This document shows positions 7,793 through 16,983 of a stretch of 18,018 nucleotides of DNA, piece by piece (position 1 is the stretch's first letter; every line of letters begins with the position of its first letter). The notes under the pieces are model-generated. The model had not been told where the DNA came from and ran no database searches. It saw only the letters and a list, made by a program, of their open reading frames with translations. The stretch is from the NCBI GenBank assembly GCA_003166335.1, contig PMWA01000061.1, positions 1-18,018 on the forward strand, written 5' to 3'. The stretch comes from Methanobacterium sp. Its GTDB lineage: Archaea; Methanobacteriota; Methanobacteria; Methanobacteriales; Methanobacteriaceae. The position numbers and the translations under genes were made by a program.

Positions 7793-8231
7793 ATTATACC
7801 CAGAAAAAGATTTTAATTAAAAAATACATTTCAGATCCACATATTAATGTAATACTTTTATTCAAAAAACTTCAAAGAAAAATGTTTCGCTAAGGTGCTG
7901 ATAAGAGACATTCACGGATCTGAATAAGAATTATTTAACTGTTCTATAGCATTTTAAAGACCATATAAATCAGCTTTTCTAAAATTTTTTTATTTAAATT
8001 TTTGATTTCAATAGTATTAATTTTTCCTCTTCAATTAATCGAATTTTACGCTTTTCTAAAATTTTAGGTAATGAATATTTTAAGAGTAAAATTTCACTAT
8101 TATTTCACCAAATCCTTATTTTATACTTAAAAAAATTTCTTTAATTATATACTCCTCTAAAAAAATATTCAAATACAGTAGTAAAATAATATAAAATCAA
8201 TTAAAATTGAAAATAAAATATTTTAAGAAAA

Positions 8232-9350
8232 CTACATACATTTCTCTATAGCATCAGAATCAAACCTTAAAATTATAACCCTAGAATTACCCATCATACC
8301 TTTACCCGTAAATCTTATATCTATCAATCTTAAAAACTCTAATTTATTCAACAATCTATCAAAAGAAGCATAACTTAAAGGTTTAATACCATTTAAAAGT
8401 TCATACAAGTTACCCGCAACCCGATCCTCCTCAGTAGCTTCCAATATAATATTAAATAAAACCCTCTCATTCCCAGATAAATTACTAATAGTACTTTTAA
8501 GACTAATCGAATTAGCATTACGAATAGCAGATTCAAGATGCTCCTCTGTAATAATTTTTGAAGCATTAGCCTCAGCAATATTCCCCACCAAACCTAACAA
8601 ATCAATGCCAACCCTTAAATCACCAATTGACATAGTTTTATCCGTAATCTCATCTAAAACTTCATCAGAAATCACATCAGGATAAAAACCAACTTTAACC
8701 CTCTCCAATAATATGCTTCTCATCTCATCACGAGTATACGGATCAAAGATAATCTCCTGAGGAATAAAAACTGAATTAACATTCTTATCTAAAAGATACC
8801 GAAATTCAATATCAGATATAATAGCAAATAAACCAGTTCTAACCCCTTCAAATTCCTCATGAGCACGTAAAATATCATAAAATATTTTATTAGCATTCTT
8901 ACTATGGAAAAGATAATTAACATCATCCAACGCCACTACCAACGCCTGATCATTATCACGCAAATACTTCATAATAGCATTATAAATACGGGAAAATGGA
9001 ATACCAGTCTCCGGTGGGTGAATACCAAATATTTTCCGATAAATCTGAGAAAAAATATTAAAACGAGTGGTATGCAATTGACAATTCACGTAAACACATA
9101 AAATACCCTCAGAATACTCCCCCACCTTCTCGAAAATTTTTTTAATAGCAGTAGTTTTACCCGTAGCGCAAGAACCCACCACCACAGCATTAGTAGGTTT
9201 ACCACCTTTCAAAGCAGGTCTCAAGCAAAGAACAAGCGCATCCATCTGAGATTCTCTATACAAAAATTCATCCGGCACATAATCAGGATTAAAAACTCGT
9301 ATATTCCTAAATATAGTTTCATCATCCATTAGAATATCATCAATCGCCAT
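8232..9350 (-). CDS. cdc6: Orc1/Cdc6 family replication initiator (Cdc6-2-like)
   Basis: FNPDYVP...RE, Walker A GSCATGKT, VYVNC, Walker B ALDD, GDLR sensor-2 and winged-helix C-terminus (LEFLRLI...GKG). Likely start is MAIDDIL at 9350. Confidence 0.95.
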   Translation of the reverse strand: MAIDDILMDDETIFRNIRVFNPDYVPDEFLYRESQMDALVLCLRPALKGGKPTNAVVVGSCATGKTTAIKKIFEKVGEYSEGILCVYVNCQLHTTRFNIFSQIYRKIFGIHPPETGIPFSRIYNAIMKYLRDNDQALVVALDDVNYLFHSKNANKIFYDILRAHEEFEGVRTGLFAIISDIEFRYLLDKNVNSVFIPQEIIFDPYTRDEMRSILLERVKVGFYPDVISDEVLDEITDKTMSIGDLRVGIDLLGLVGNIAEANASKIITEEHLESAIRNANSISLKSTISNLSGNERVLFNIILEATEEDRVAGNLYELLNGIKPLSYASFDRLLNKLEFLRLIDIRFTGKGMMGNSRVIILRFDSDAIEKCM

Positions 9351-9369
9351 AAAGAAACACATCCAACTC

Positions 9370-9552
9370 TTATTCATGTTTAAAATACATACAATGCAAC
9401 GGATTCCCCGGACCTCTAGGATGCTTACAGGAAATACTTATCCGTTTAATATCCTCCAAGATAACTTCATACCGGAATTTACATTGAATACAACGATCAG
9501 TAGATGAAATCAATTCAAAATCTTCATTGTTTATCGTTTTAATTTGTTTCAT
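9370..9552 (-). CDS. Small Cys/His-rich putative Zn-binding protein
   Basis: CIQC...CKH...HC in about 60 aa. Ends 19 bp before the probable cdc6 start on the same strand. Confidence 0.6.
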   Translation of the reverse strand: MKQIKTINNEDFELISSTDRCIQCKFRYEVILEDIKRISISCKHPRGPGNPLHCMYFKHE

Positions 9553-9827
9553 CAAATATGTAACCTAAAATTTTATTTCTCCGATATTTCCTAGTCTGAA
9601 AATAGGCTTTTATATATATTTATATTAAATTATATTATTATTTACAAATGTTATAGTATTTAGAGTCATAATAAAATATAAATGCATTTACAAGAATAGT
9701 GAGAAGTTAAGTTACTAGAATATGATTAAGGGGGTTTTTAATGGTTCCAAATGACGAGGTAAGGAGTAAATTAACTGATATTGTATAAAGAATAATTTTT
9801 TTCTAAATTACAAATAAGTGGATATGA

Positions 9828-10409
9828 ATGTCAAATTCTCTGGATCATATTTGAACAATTTTATGCCAAAGATCGCCGAGAATGGCGCCAATGGCTAAGA
9901 GAACATCATAACTCTTCTCCTGGAGTATGGCTCATTTATTATAAGAAAAACAGCGATAAACGCGGGTTGAGTATGAAGAAGCAGTGAAAGAAGCACTTAG
10001 CTTCGGCTGGATCGATAGTAAATCCAAAGTTCTGGATGAAGAACGCTACATGCAAGTATTCACTCCCCGAAAACCAGGTAGTGCCTGGTCAAGGTCAAAT
10101 AAAGAGAGAGTCAAAAAACTTGTCAAAAATGGTTTGATGAAACCAGTGGGACTAGTAAAGATCGATGCCGCCAAAAAGGATGGTTCATGGACTATTCTGG
10201 ATGATATTGAATATCTGGTGATTCCTGATGATTTAAAGAATATATTAGATAAAAATAAAGCAGCTAATGAGAATTTTGAAGCTTTCAGCGATTCAGCTAA
10301 AAAGCAGGTACTTTACTGGATTGATAATGCCAAAAAGAAGGATACTAAGCTGCTAAGGATTAAAAAAACTGTCGAATTCGCAGCAAAGAATAAAAAACCC
10401 TTTAATTAA
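9828..10409 (+). pseudogene. YdeI/OmpD-associated (bacteriocin-protection) family gene with two frameshifts
   Basis: MSNSLDHI / EQFYAKDRREWRQWLREHHNSSPGVWLIYYKKNSDK / RVEYEEAVKEALSFGWIDS...FTPRKPGSAWS. One extra base near 9850-9852 gives TGA at 9852 and one base is missing near 9958-9962. ORF 9984..10409 is only the C-terminal part. Confidence 0.85.
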
Positions 10410-10500
10410 TACATTTTAAGTTCGATATTGCGTATGGGAGAATAATTAAAGCATCAGAAAATTTCAAGGATATAATCAAAACAAAAGTTTATATGTCATT

Positions 10501-10655
10501 GGTTTACTGCTTGGTTGGCGTAAACCGGCCCGTCAGACCTTAAACTGCAATAGCAGGCCATCCAGAAATAAAGATAAAAATACTATCTCATATGATATAT
10601 ACATTGCAGGTATGACGGATGGATTAAATGCCCTGAAATACCCGATAATCCTTAA
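10501..10655 (+). ncRNA. Candidate structured non-coding RNA, family unassigned
   Basis: BRE/TATA AAAAG-TTTATATG (TATA 10488-10495) with no ORF downstream. Stems: CCGTCA/TGACGG, CTGCAAT/ATTGCAG, AGATA/TATCT, GGATTA/TAATCC, plus a 5' hairpin. Confidence 0.55.
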
Positions 10656-10723
10656 ATTTTACCATACTAAAGAATTCTATGATTAAATCCAATTTATTTC
10701 TTACAAAAAAAATATTCTACTTT

Positions 10724-11482
10724 TTATAAATCTTTTAATTCTTCTATATTAACATCCCTCACTCCATCCAACTTCTCACCATGAGAAATGTTAAAAATGG
10801 TTACATTTTCATTACTAGCCAACCATTCCACCAGTTTTTTAGCATACTTAAGCTTCAATAATTTTATTTCATCAGCCTTACCCAACTTAGTATCCATATC
10901 CGGCCTTGAATATTTAGTGACCATCCTTCCAAAATCCATGCCCGCTAAAATAATATATTTTACACCTAATTCCACCGCGAAATATAATGCACGGTCTCCA
11001 TCAGTAAAACCACCGAAATTATAAACATTCCCAAGTGGAGTGCTCTGAGTGGTTCCTAAAACCCGCTTTAACCTTGGAAAATATTCATTTATCTTATCTA
11101 AATTATTACCGTGAGCATGCACCACTAAAAAAGAACCATCCCTGTTAGCCTGTATAATATCCTCCATTTTACCATCTAAATCCGTAACTATAATATCCGG
11201 TGTTATATCATCCTCTAAAAGTGCAGTTGTAGCCCCATCAGCTGCTATAAGCGTGAAATTTGATAAGTTTAAATTTTTTAAATCTTTTATATTCCCTTTA
11301 AGAGAGGGACCCGCCCCAAAAACTATAACCCTATCCTTAATAGGGATATCGTCCGGTGATAGACAATTTGAAGATTCTAAAAGTTTATTTAATATTAATG
11401 CCGATTTTTCATCATCATCTCTACTGAAACCTAATTCTTCTAGTATTTCTTTATACCATGAAAACCATATAACAAGGTTCAT
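10724..11482 (-). CDS. mptE: 6-hydroxymethyl-7,8-dihydropterin pyrophosphokinase MptE (methanopterin pathway)
   Basis: GAGPSL, AADGA, PDIIVTDLDG, VHAHGNN, NFGGFTDGDRA and GMDFG motifs. Likely start is MNLVIW at 11482. Confidence 0.92.
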   Translation of the reverse strand: MNLVIWFSWYKEILEELGFSRDDDEKSALILNKLLESSNCLSPDDIPIKDRVIVFGAGPSLKGNIKDLKNLNLSNFTLIAADGATTALLEDDITPDIIVTDLDGKMEDIIQANRDGSFLVVHAHGNNLDKINEYFPRLKRVLGTTQSTPLGNVYNFGGFTDGDRALYFAVELGVKYIILAGMDFGRMVTKYSRPDMDTKLGKADEIKLLKLKYAKKLVEWLASNENVTIFNISHGEKLDGVRDVNIEELKDL

Positions 11483-11538
11483 ATAGATAAGATAGATACT
11501 CAATACAAATAAAGTTAATTAACTTGGAGGTTTTTTAG

Positions 11539-12687
11539 ATGGATGAGACGTTGCTAATGATACCAGGACCCACTAGAGTAGCTCCCCGGGTCTTAAAAGC
11601 CATGTCTGAAAATATAGTAAATCATAGAAGCGCAGTTTTTGGTGAAATACTCACAGAAACCACTGAAATGATGTCTGAAGTATTCCAGACCGACAATCAA
11701 TCCTATATATTAACCGGCTCCGGAACCGCTGCCATGGAAGCCGCATTAGGAAACATAATTGAAAAAGATGATAAAGTATTAACTATTGTCGGCGGGAAAT
11801 TCGGAGAACGATTTATGCAGATAACCGAAACCCACAGAGGACAACCCGTTAAATTAGAAGTGGAATGGGGACATGCAGTAGATCCAAAAGATGTTGAATA
11901 CATCTTAGAAGAGGATGACGATATAAAAGCAGTGACTATAGTTCACAATGAAACCTCAACTGGAGTAACCAATCCTATAGATAAAGTGGGAAAAATCGTT
12001 AAAGATTATGATGCTCTCTACGTAGTGGATACTGTTTCCTCATTAGGAGGGGATGACGTCTTCGTAGATGGTTATAATATTGATATTTGTGTTACTGGAT
12101 CCCAGAAATGTCTAGCTGCACCTCCCGGTATGTCAGCCATAACATTAAATGATGATGCTTGGAAAGTGGTAGATAACACAGAAACCTATAATTATTACCT
12201 TGATATGAAACGCTACCGTAAAAGCGGGTCAGCTAAACCGCCAGAAACTCCTTACACTCCATCAGTATCCCTAATGTATGCCATGCGTGAAGCATTAATT
12301 GCAGTAATGGAAGAAGGATTAGAAAGTAGGATAGAAAGACATCAATTAGCAGCCTTAGCCACTAGGAATGGTATAAAAGCCATGGGATTAGAACTCTTCG
12401 CTCAATTAGAAGTTTCATCCAACACCGTCACCGCCATAAAAATACCTGAAGGTGTAACTGATAAAGAGTTAAGAGGCACCATGCGTAACAAGTACCAGAT
12501 AGAATTAGCGGGAGGCCAAGATCATCTTAAAGGCAATGTATTCAGAATTGGGCACATGGGTAACATCACTCACCGCGAAATCATATCAACAATATCCGCC
12601 TTAGAAATGACCTTAAAAGAATTTAACTTAGATGTATGTCTTGGAACTGGCGTTGCAGCCGTTGAAGAAGCATATCTAATTGGATAA
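11539..12687 (+). CDS. Class V PLP-dependent aminotransferase (serine-pyruvate/alanine-glyoxylate family; methanogen phosphoserine aminotransferase-like)
   Basis: LLMIPGPT, GSGTAAME, HNETSTG, DTVSS, GSQKCL (PLP lysine) and FRIGHMG motifs. GGAGG RBS. Confidence 0.93.
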   Translation: MDETLLMIPGPTRVAPRVLKAMSENIVNHRSAVFGEILTETTEMMSEVFQTDNQSYILTGSGTAAMEAALGNIIEKDDKVLTIVGGKFGERFMQITETHRGQPVKLEVEWGHAVDPKDVEYILEEDDDIKAVTIVHNETSTGVTNPIDKVGKIVKDYDALYVVDTVSSLGGDDVFVDGYNIDICVTGSQKCLAAPPGMSAITLNDDAWKVVDNTETYNYYLDMKRYRKSGSAKPPETPYTPSVSLMYAMREALIAVMEEGLESRIERHQLAALATRNGIKAMGLELFAQLEVSSNTVTAIKIPEGVTDKELRGTMRNKYQIELAGGQDHLKGNVFRIGHMGNITHREIISTISALEMTLKEFNLDVCLGTGVAAVEEAYLIG

Positions 12688-12754
12688 AAAAAAATATTAT
12701 TTTTTCCTCCAATTATTTTTTCTTTTTTTTAAATAAATATATAAAATACTTTTT

Positions 12755-14107
12755 TTAAACTTCTCTCAACATGGAAACAGCTGCCTTAAATAATATAGGT
12801 CCATCCATCCATGATTGACGTAACAAATAAAGTGGTCGAGCATAAAAATCTCTAAAAGCTTTTTTTTGAAGTTTCTTAAGTTCATCTAAAGAGCAATCCA
12901 CAGTCTCCATAACTGGAGTTAAAAGACTGAATTTAGACCAATCATCAGTCTTAATCAAGTTATCCTCCAAGGATTTAAGATAAAACTCCGTGCCAGGATA
13001 CGGTGTAGCCAAAGAAAATATAGCGTAATTCGGTTTCAGACTCTTCACAAACCTTATAGTGTTATTAATGCTTTTCCTGGTATCACCAGGCATACCCAGC
13101 ACCACAGAAGCAATAGTTCTAACTCCATGCTTCTTCGTAAGCTCAAAAGTCTTTCTAATCCTATCAATAGTAATATTCTTATTTATTTCATCTAAACTCT
13201 GCTGATCAGCTGATTCAACACCTAAAAGAAGAGTAATACAACCCGCATCCGTCATTTTCTTCAGTAAATCATCAGATATTGTATCCACACGAGCAGTGCA
13301 ACCCCAATAATTATCTATCTTCCTCTCCTTTAAATCATCACAAATATCATACACTCTCTGCTTATTCAAAGTAAAAGTATCATCCATAAAAGCTAGAATT
13401 TCAGCATCATGATCCTCAACAAGATGTTCCATTTCATCCACAACATTTTTTGATGATCTTAATCTCAATTTATGACCATGCATAGCTGAAGAAGCACAAA
13501 AAGAACAATGATAAGGACAACCCCTACCAGATATAAGCGTTCCAATCGGTAATTTCATATGCATTATCTTATAATCATCCATAGGAAGCAAATGACGAGC
13601 CGGGAACGGAATACTATCCAAATCCACTGTCACATCTCTTGGAAGAGTTTGAAAACCTTTACCAGCTATACCTTTAACATTCCTCAGATCCGCACCCTTC
13701 TCCAATGCCTGCACAATTTCAAGCATAGTATATTCACCTTCACCCAAAACCACCAAATCAATGAAATCATTTTCTAACAGCTTCGAGTAAGTGAAAGTAG
13801 GATGATAACCACCCAAAACTATCAAAGCACCCGGACATGCTTTCTTAGAAATCTCAGCCACGTTTAAAGCAATATCTATGGTAGGTGTTACTGCCGTAAT
13901 CGCAACCAAATCTGGAGAAAATCTTTCCAATTCACGTTTAATATCATCAAAATCCATATCCACCGCGGGAGCATCGATTATTTTAACCTCAACACCACCC
14001 GTCTCCAAAACCGCCGCTATATAAGCTAAACCCAATGGTGGAGCAACCAATCCTATAAATTTATATTTTGATGAATTATAAGGGGGATTTATCAATAAAA
14101 CCTTCAT
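12755..14107 (-). CDS. B12-binding domain radical SAM protein (class B methyltransferase-like)
   Basis: LLINPP...PPLGLAYIAA, GGYHPT, GEGE, SGRGCPYHCSFC (CxxxCxxC), DDTF, GVES and TPYPGT motifs. Confidence 0.93.
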   Translation of the reverse strand: MKVLLINPPYNSSKYKFIGLVAPPLGLAYIAAVLETGGVEVKIIDAPAVDMDFDDIKRELERFSPDLVAITAVTPTIDIALNVAEISKKACPGALIVLGGYHPTFTYSKLLENDFIDLVVLGEGEYTMLEIVQALEKGADLRNVKGIAGKGFQTLPRDVTVDLDSIPFPARHLLPMDDYKIMHMKLPIGTLISGRGCPYHCSFCASSAMHGHKLRLRSSKNVVDEMEHLVEDHDAEILAFMDDTFTLNKQRVYDICDDLKERKIDNYWGCTARVDTISDDLLKKMTDAGCITLLLGVESADQQSLDEINKNITIDRIRKTFELTKKHGVRTIASVVLGMPGDTRKSINNTIRFVKSLKPNYAIFSLATPYPGTEFYLKSLEDNLIKTDDWSKFSLLTPVMETVDCSLDELKKLQKKAFRDFYARPLYLLRQSWMDGPILFKAAVSMLREV

Positions 14108-14407
14108 AATGGATCACCTGAAAAAATGATACAACATTTTTTTTTTATAATCTTTAAAATCAAATATTACTTTTTTTTAAATCTTTTTTTATATACTAAA
14201 CAACGTGTGGATAGAATATAAACTTTAATCTATCTTACTATTTATCACTTCAAATGTTTTTAATTTATGGGAATACATTGAAAAATATAAACTATAAAAA
14301 AAAATTTCTCCGACATTCCAAAAATTCATAATCATAAAACAACAAAAAATTTTCATGTAAAATTAATTAAAAATTTCAGCCTAAAGGTTTAGGAGGAGGA
14401 TGATAAA

Positions 14408-15412
14408 TTGAAAAAAATGCGAACCATTGCACTGGAAGAAACCTATGCCACCCCTGCATTCATGGAAAACATCGAAAATAGCTTCAAAGCTCAAGCAGAA
14501 GCTGATAAAAAGCCCCATACCGCCCCTGAAGGTTTAGCTCAGATAGCAAGAAAACTGATCAATGTCGACGAAGGTAGGATTAAGGAGATGGATCAAGCTG
14601 GTATAGATTTGCAAGTACTGTCATTATTCTCCCCCGGAGTGGAGCAACTAGACGCGCCCGTAGCAGTGGACATAGCAACAGAAACAAATAATTATATCGC
14701 CAATGCAATACAGCATCATCCCACTCGTTTCGCTGGATTCACTACTTTACCCACTGCAGTTCCAGAAACCGCTGCTGACGAATTAGAACGAATGGTTAAA
14801 GAATATGATTTCAAGGGTGGAATAATTAATGGTCACACTAAAGGTCGCTACTTGGATGATGAATTCTTTTGGCCCATTTTAGAGCGTGCCGAAAAATTAA
14901 AAGTTCCAATCTACCTCCATCCCACACTACCCCCGCAACCTGTAATCGAAGCCTCATACACGGGAAACTTCTCATCCGATGTGACGACACTGTTAGCACG
15001 TAATGCTTGGGGTTGGCATATTGAAACCGCGACACATATCCTTCGAATCATCCTAAGCGGAGCATTCGACCAATACCCTAACCTACAATTAATAATTGGA
15101 CACATGGGTGAAGGACTTCCATTCATGCTACAAAGAATCGATGATTCTTTACCAAAAGAAACAATTAAACTAGAAAAATCAGTAGGTGAATATCTACGCG
15201 AGAATATTAACTACACATTCAGCGGATTAAACTATACCCAAACATTCCTCAACTTATTCCTGGAAGTAGGAGCCAGCCGAATCATGTTCTCAACCGACTA
15301 CCCCTTCATCCCAATGAAAGAAACTCACACATTCCTAGATAAACTACCAGTTAGCACCGCCGACAAAGAAAAAATAGCACACGGAAATGCAGAACGCCTC
15401 CTACGTCTATAA
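14408..15412 (+). CDS. Amidohydrolase-2 family protein, aromatic acid decarboxylase-like (2,3-/2,6-DHBD, LigW group)
   Basis: IALEE, MDQAGIDLQVLS, PIYLHP, WGWHIETA, GHMGE, FSTDYPF and GNAERLL motifs. AGGAGGAGG RBS. Confidence 0.9.
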   Translation: MKKMRTIALEETYATPAFMENIENSFKAQAEADKKPHTAPEGLAQIARKLINVDEGRIKEMDQAGIDLQVLSLFSPGVEQLDAPVAVDIATETNNYIANAIQHHPTRFAGFTTLPTAVPETAADELERMVKEYDFKGGIINGHTKGRYLDDEFFWPILERAEKLKVPIYLHPTLPPQPVIEASYTGNFSSDVTTLLARNAWGWHIETATHILRIILSGAFDQYPNLQLIIGHMGEGLPFMLQRIDDSLPKETIKLEKSVGEYLRENINYTFSGLNYTQTFLNLFLEVGASRIMFSTDYPFIPMKETHTFLDKLPVSTADKEKIAHGNAERLLRL

Positions 15413-15547
15413 AAAAATCAAATTATTTAAATTAAAAAAAAAAGTTATCATTAAGAATTACACTTATTATACGGTGAAGAGTTATCCCGACATCCAAAAT
15501 CATATGCTAAAAATAGTCCATTTATAAAAAAAATTTAATGAGAGAAT

Positions 15548-15811
15548 TCAATCATTTTCATTCGCGTTAATCATTTCAGCAGGCTCCCATCTCTCCCTAT
15601 TACCCCGATTGGAATCTGATAATATTTTTGAAGGTTTCTTCTTTGCTTTCTTCAATGGATGTCCACAGAGTAAACAGTTGAATTCAAGAAGCTTATTATT
15701 TATGGGATTAATTTTTCCATAATCATAAATTGCAGTTGCTGATTTCTTATTTTTTGATTCAACTTTCATCTGAAATTCACATTTTTCACAGACTAAAGTT
15801 TCACTTACCAT
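15548..15811 (-). CDS. Small Zn-ribbon hypothetical protein
   Basis: CEKC and CLLCGHPL pair followed by a basic tail. Start uncertain (15811 to 15844). Confidence 0.6.
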   Translation of the reverse strand: MVSETLVCEKCEFQMKVESKNKKSATAIYDYGKINPINNKLLEFNCLLCGHPLKKAKKKPSKILSDSNRGNRERWEPAEMINANEND

Positions 15812-15972
15812 GAAAATTACTATAGTTTTCATCATGGAAAACATTATCTATTAAAAAATAAACTCCAACTAATAAAGGCTAAAAATTAAAAATAATTTCT
15901 AATAAAACCTATTTTTATAATCAAAACATGTAAAATCATTCAAAACAAGTTTATTATGCTGAATAATTAATT

Positions 15973-16443
15973 TCATTTAATAAATTTTTTTACAAAATAA
16001 TCAAACATCTCACCATAATTTCCTTCATCTACATCCTTACTTAAAAGTCTCATCTGCCCTAAAAAATACATTCCCTGATCATCCAAATATTCACGAATTT
16101 GACTAGTGGCTTTTTGAGATCTACTACCACCGGAAGTGACAAAAACACCGAATCGTTTACCCCGCAAATTTTTAAGTTCCGATAAATATTGATTAATTGC
16201 TGCAGGCACCTTACCTCCCCAAACCGGACAACAAACCACAAGACTATCAAAACCCATCAAATCAGTTATACACGGTTTTATAGGCACATGTTTCTCTCTA
16301 AAAGCATCCCACAACTTAAAAAAATACCATCTATCATTCTCAGTTTTAATATCAGTTAAATCTGCATCAATTTCTTTTTTAAGAGCCTCGGCAACTTTAA
16401 GAGTATGGCCGGAATATGAATAACAAGCAATCAAAGTCTTCAT
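15973..16443 (-). CDS. Flavodoxin family protein
   Basis: YSYSGHT FMN loop, PVWGG and FVTSGG motifs. Start overlaps the upstream stop (ATGA). Confidence 0.9.
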   Translation of the reverse strand: MKTLIACYSYSGHTLKVAEALKKEIDADLTDIKTENDRWYFFKLWDAFREKHVPIKPCITDLMGFDSLVVCCPVWGGKVPAAINQYLSELKNLRGKRFGVFVTSGGSRSQKATSQIREYLDDQGMYFLGQMRLLSKDVDEGNYGEMFDYFVKKFIK

Positions 16444-16895
16444 AATATCTTTTCTTTTAAACTATTTGCAAAACTTTCTGCATTTTTAAAGTCTTCTTCA
16501 TCCGGTTTTCCTTTATTTAAACCACCAATAAGTTTAAAAGGACCCATAGTATCAAATGCTTTACAAGCGAATTCCCCAATGATTTCAAAACCTTTATTAG
16601 ATAATTCTTCCTTTAACCAAGTATTAAATTCAGTTTTACCTCTACCACTTGTAGTAAATACAAAAGCCTTCTTACCTTCAACATTATCCAACTCTTCAAT
16701 AAACTTCATCAACTCTTTATGAGGTTTACTATAATATATTCCAGAACCAAAACCAATTAAATCATATTCCTTAATAATATCCCGACTAACATCATCTAAG
16801 TCCAACAAATCCGCTTCCAAAGAACCAGCAATTACCTCAGCTATCCGCTTAGTGTTTCCATGATGTACAGACTTATATATTATCCCAATTTTCAT
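16440..16895 (-). CDS. Flavodoxin family protein
   Basis: YKSVHHGNT, YDLIGFGSGIY, AFVFTTSG and GGLNKGKPD motifs. Confidence 0.92.
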   Translation of the reverse strand: MKIGIIYKSVHHGNTKRIAEVIAGSLEADLLDLDDVSRDIIKEYDLIGFGSGIYYSKPHKELMKFIEELDNVEGKKAFVFTTSGRGKTEFNTWLKEELSNKGFEIIGEFACKAFDTMGPFKLIGGLNKGKPDEEDFKNAESFANSLKEKIL

Positions 16896-16983
16896 TTTCT
16901 AAACTCCTTTTTTTAATTTTTTCGAATGGTTACCTAAAAATTTACTATTTTTCGAATTTATAGTATCAAATAAATTTAAATAT

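Noticed and set aside
7880..7912. AAGGTGCTGATAAGAG and GTTTCG resembling SAM-I, fluoride riboswitch or hammerhead fragments
   Set aside because: The other conserved core elements are missing or on the wrong strand, and the site is not upstream of a gene.
7925..8231. Replication origin beside cdc6
   Set aside because: AT-rich, but no repeated ORB or mini-ORB boxes could be found here or at 9556-9740.
9741..9788. 15-codon ORF MVPNDEVRSKLTDIV after AAGGGGGT
   Set aside because: Could be a gene stub, but it is too short to assign or distinguish from chance.
8393..16250. Short nested or antisense ORFs (8393, 8904, 10788, 11253, 11703, 13559, 14838, 14911, 16059)
   Set aside because: Fully overlap confident genes and have no independent support.
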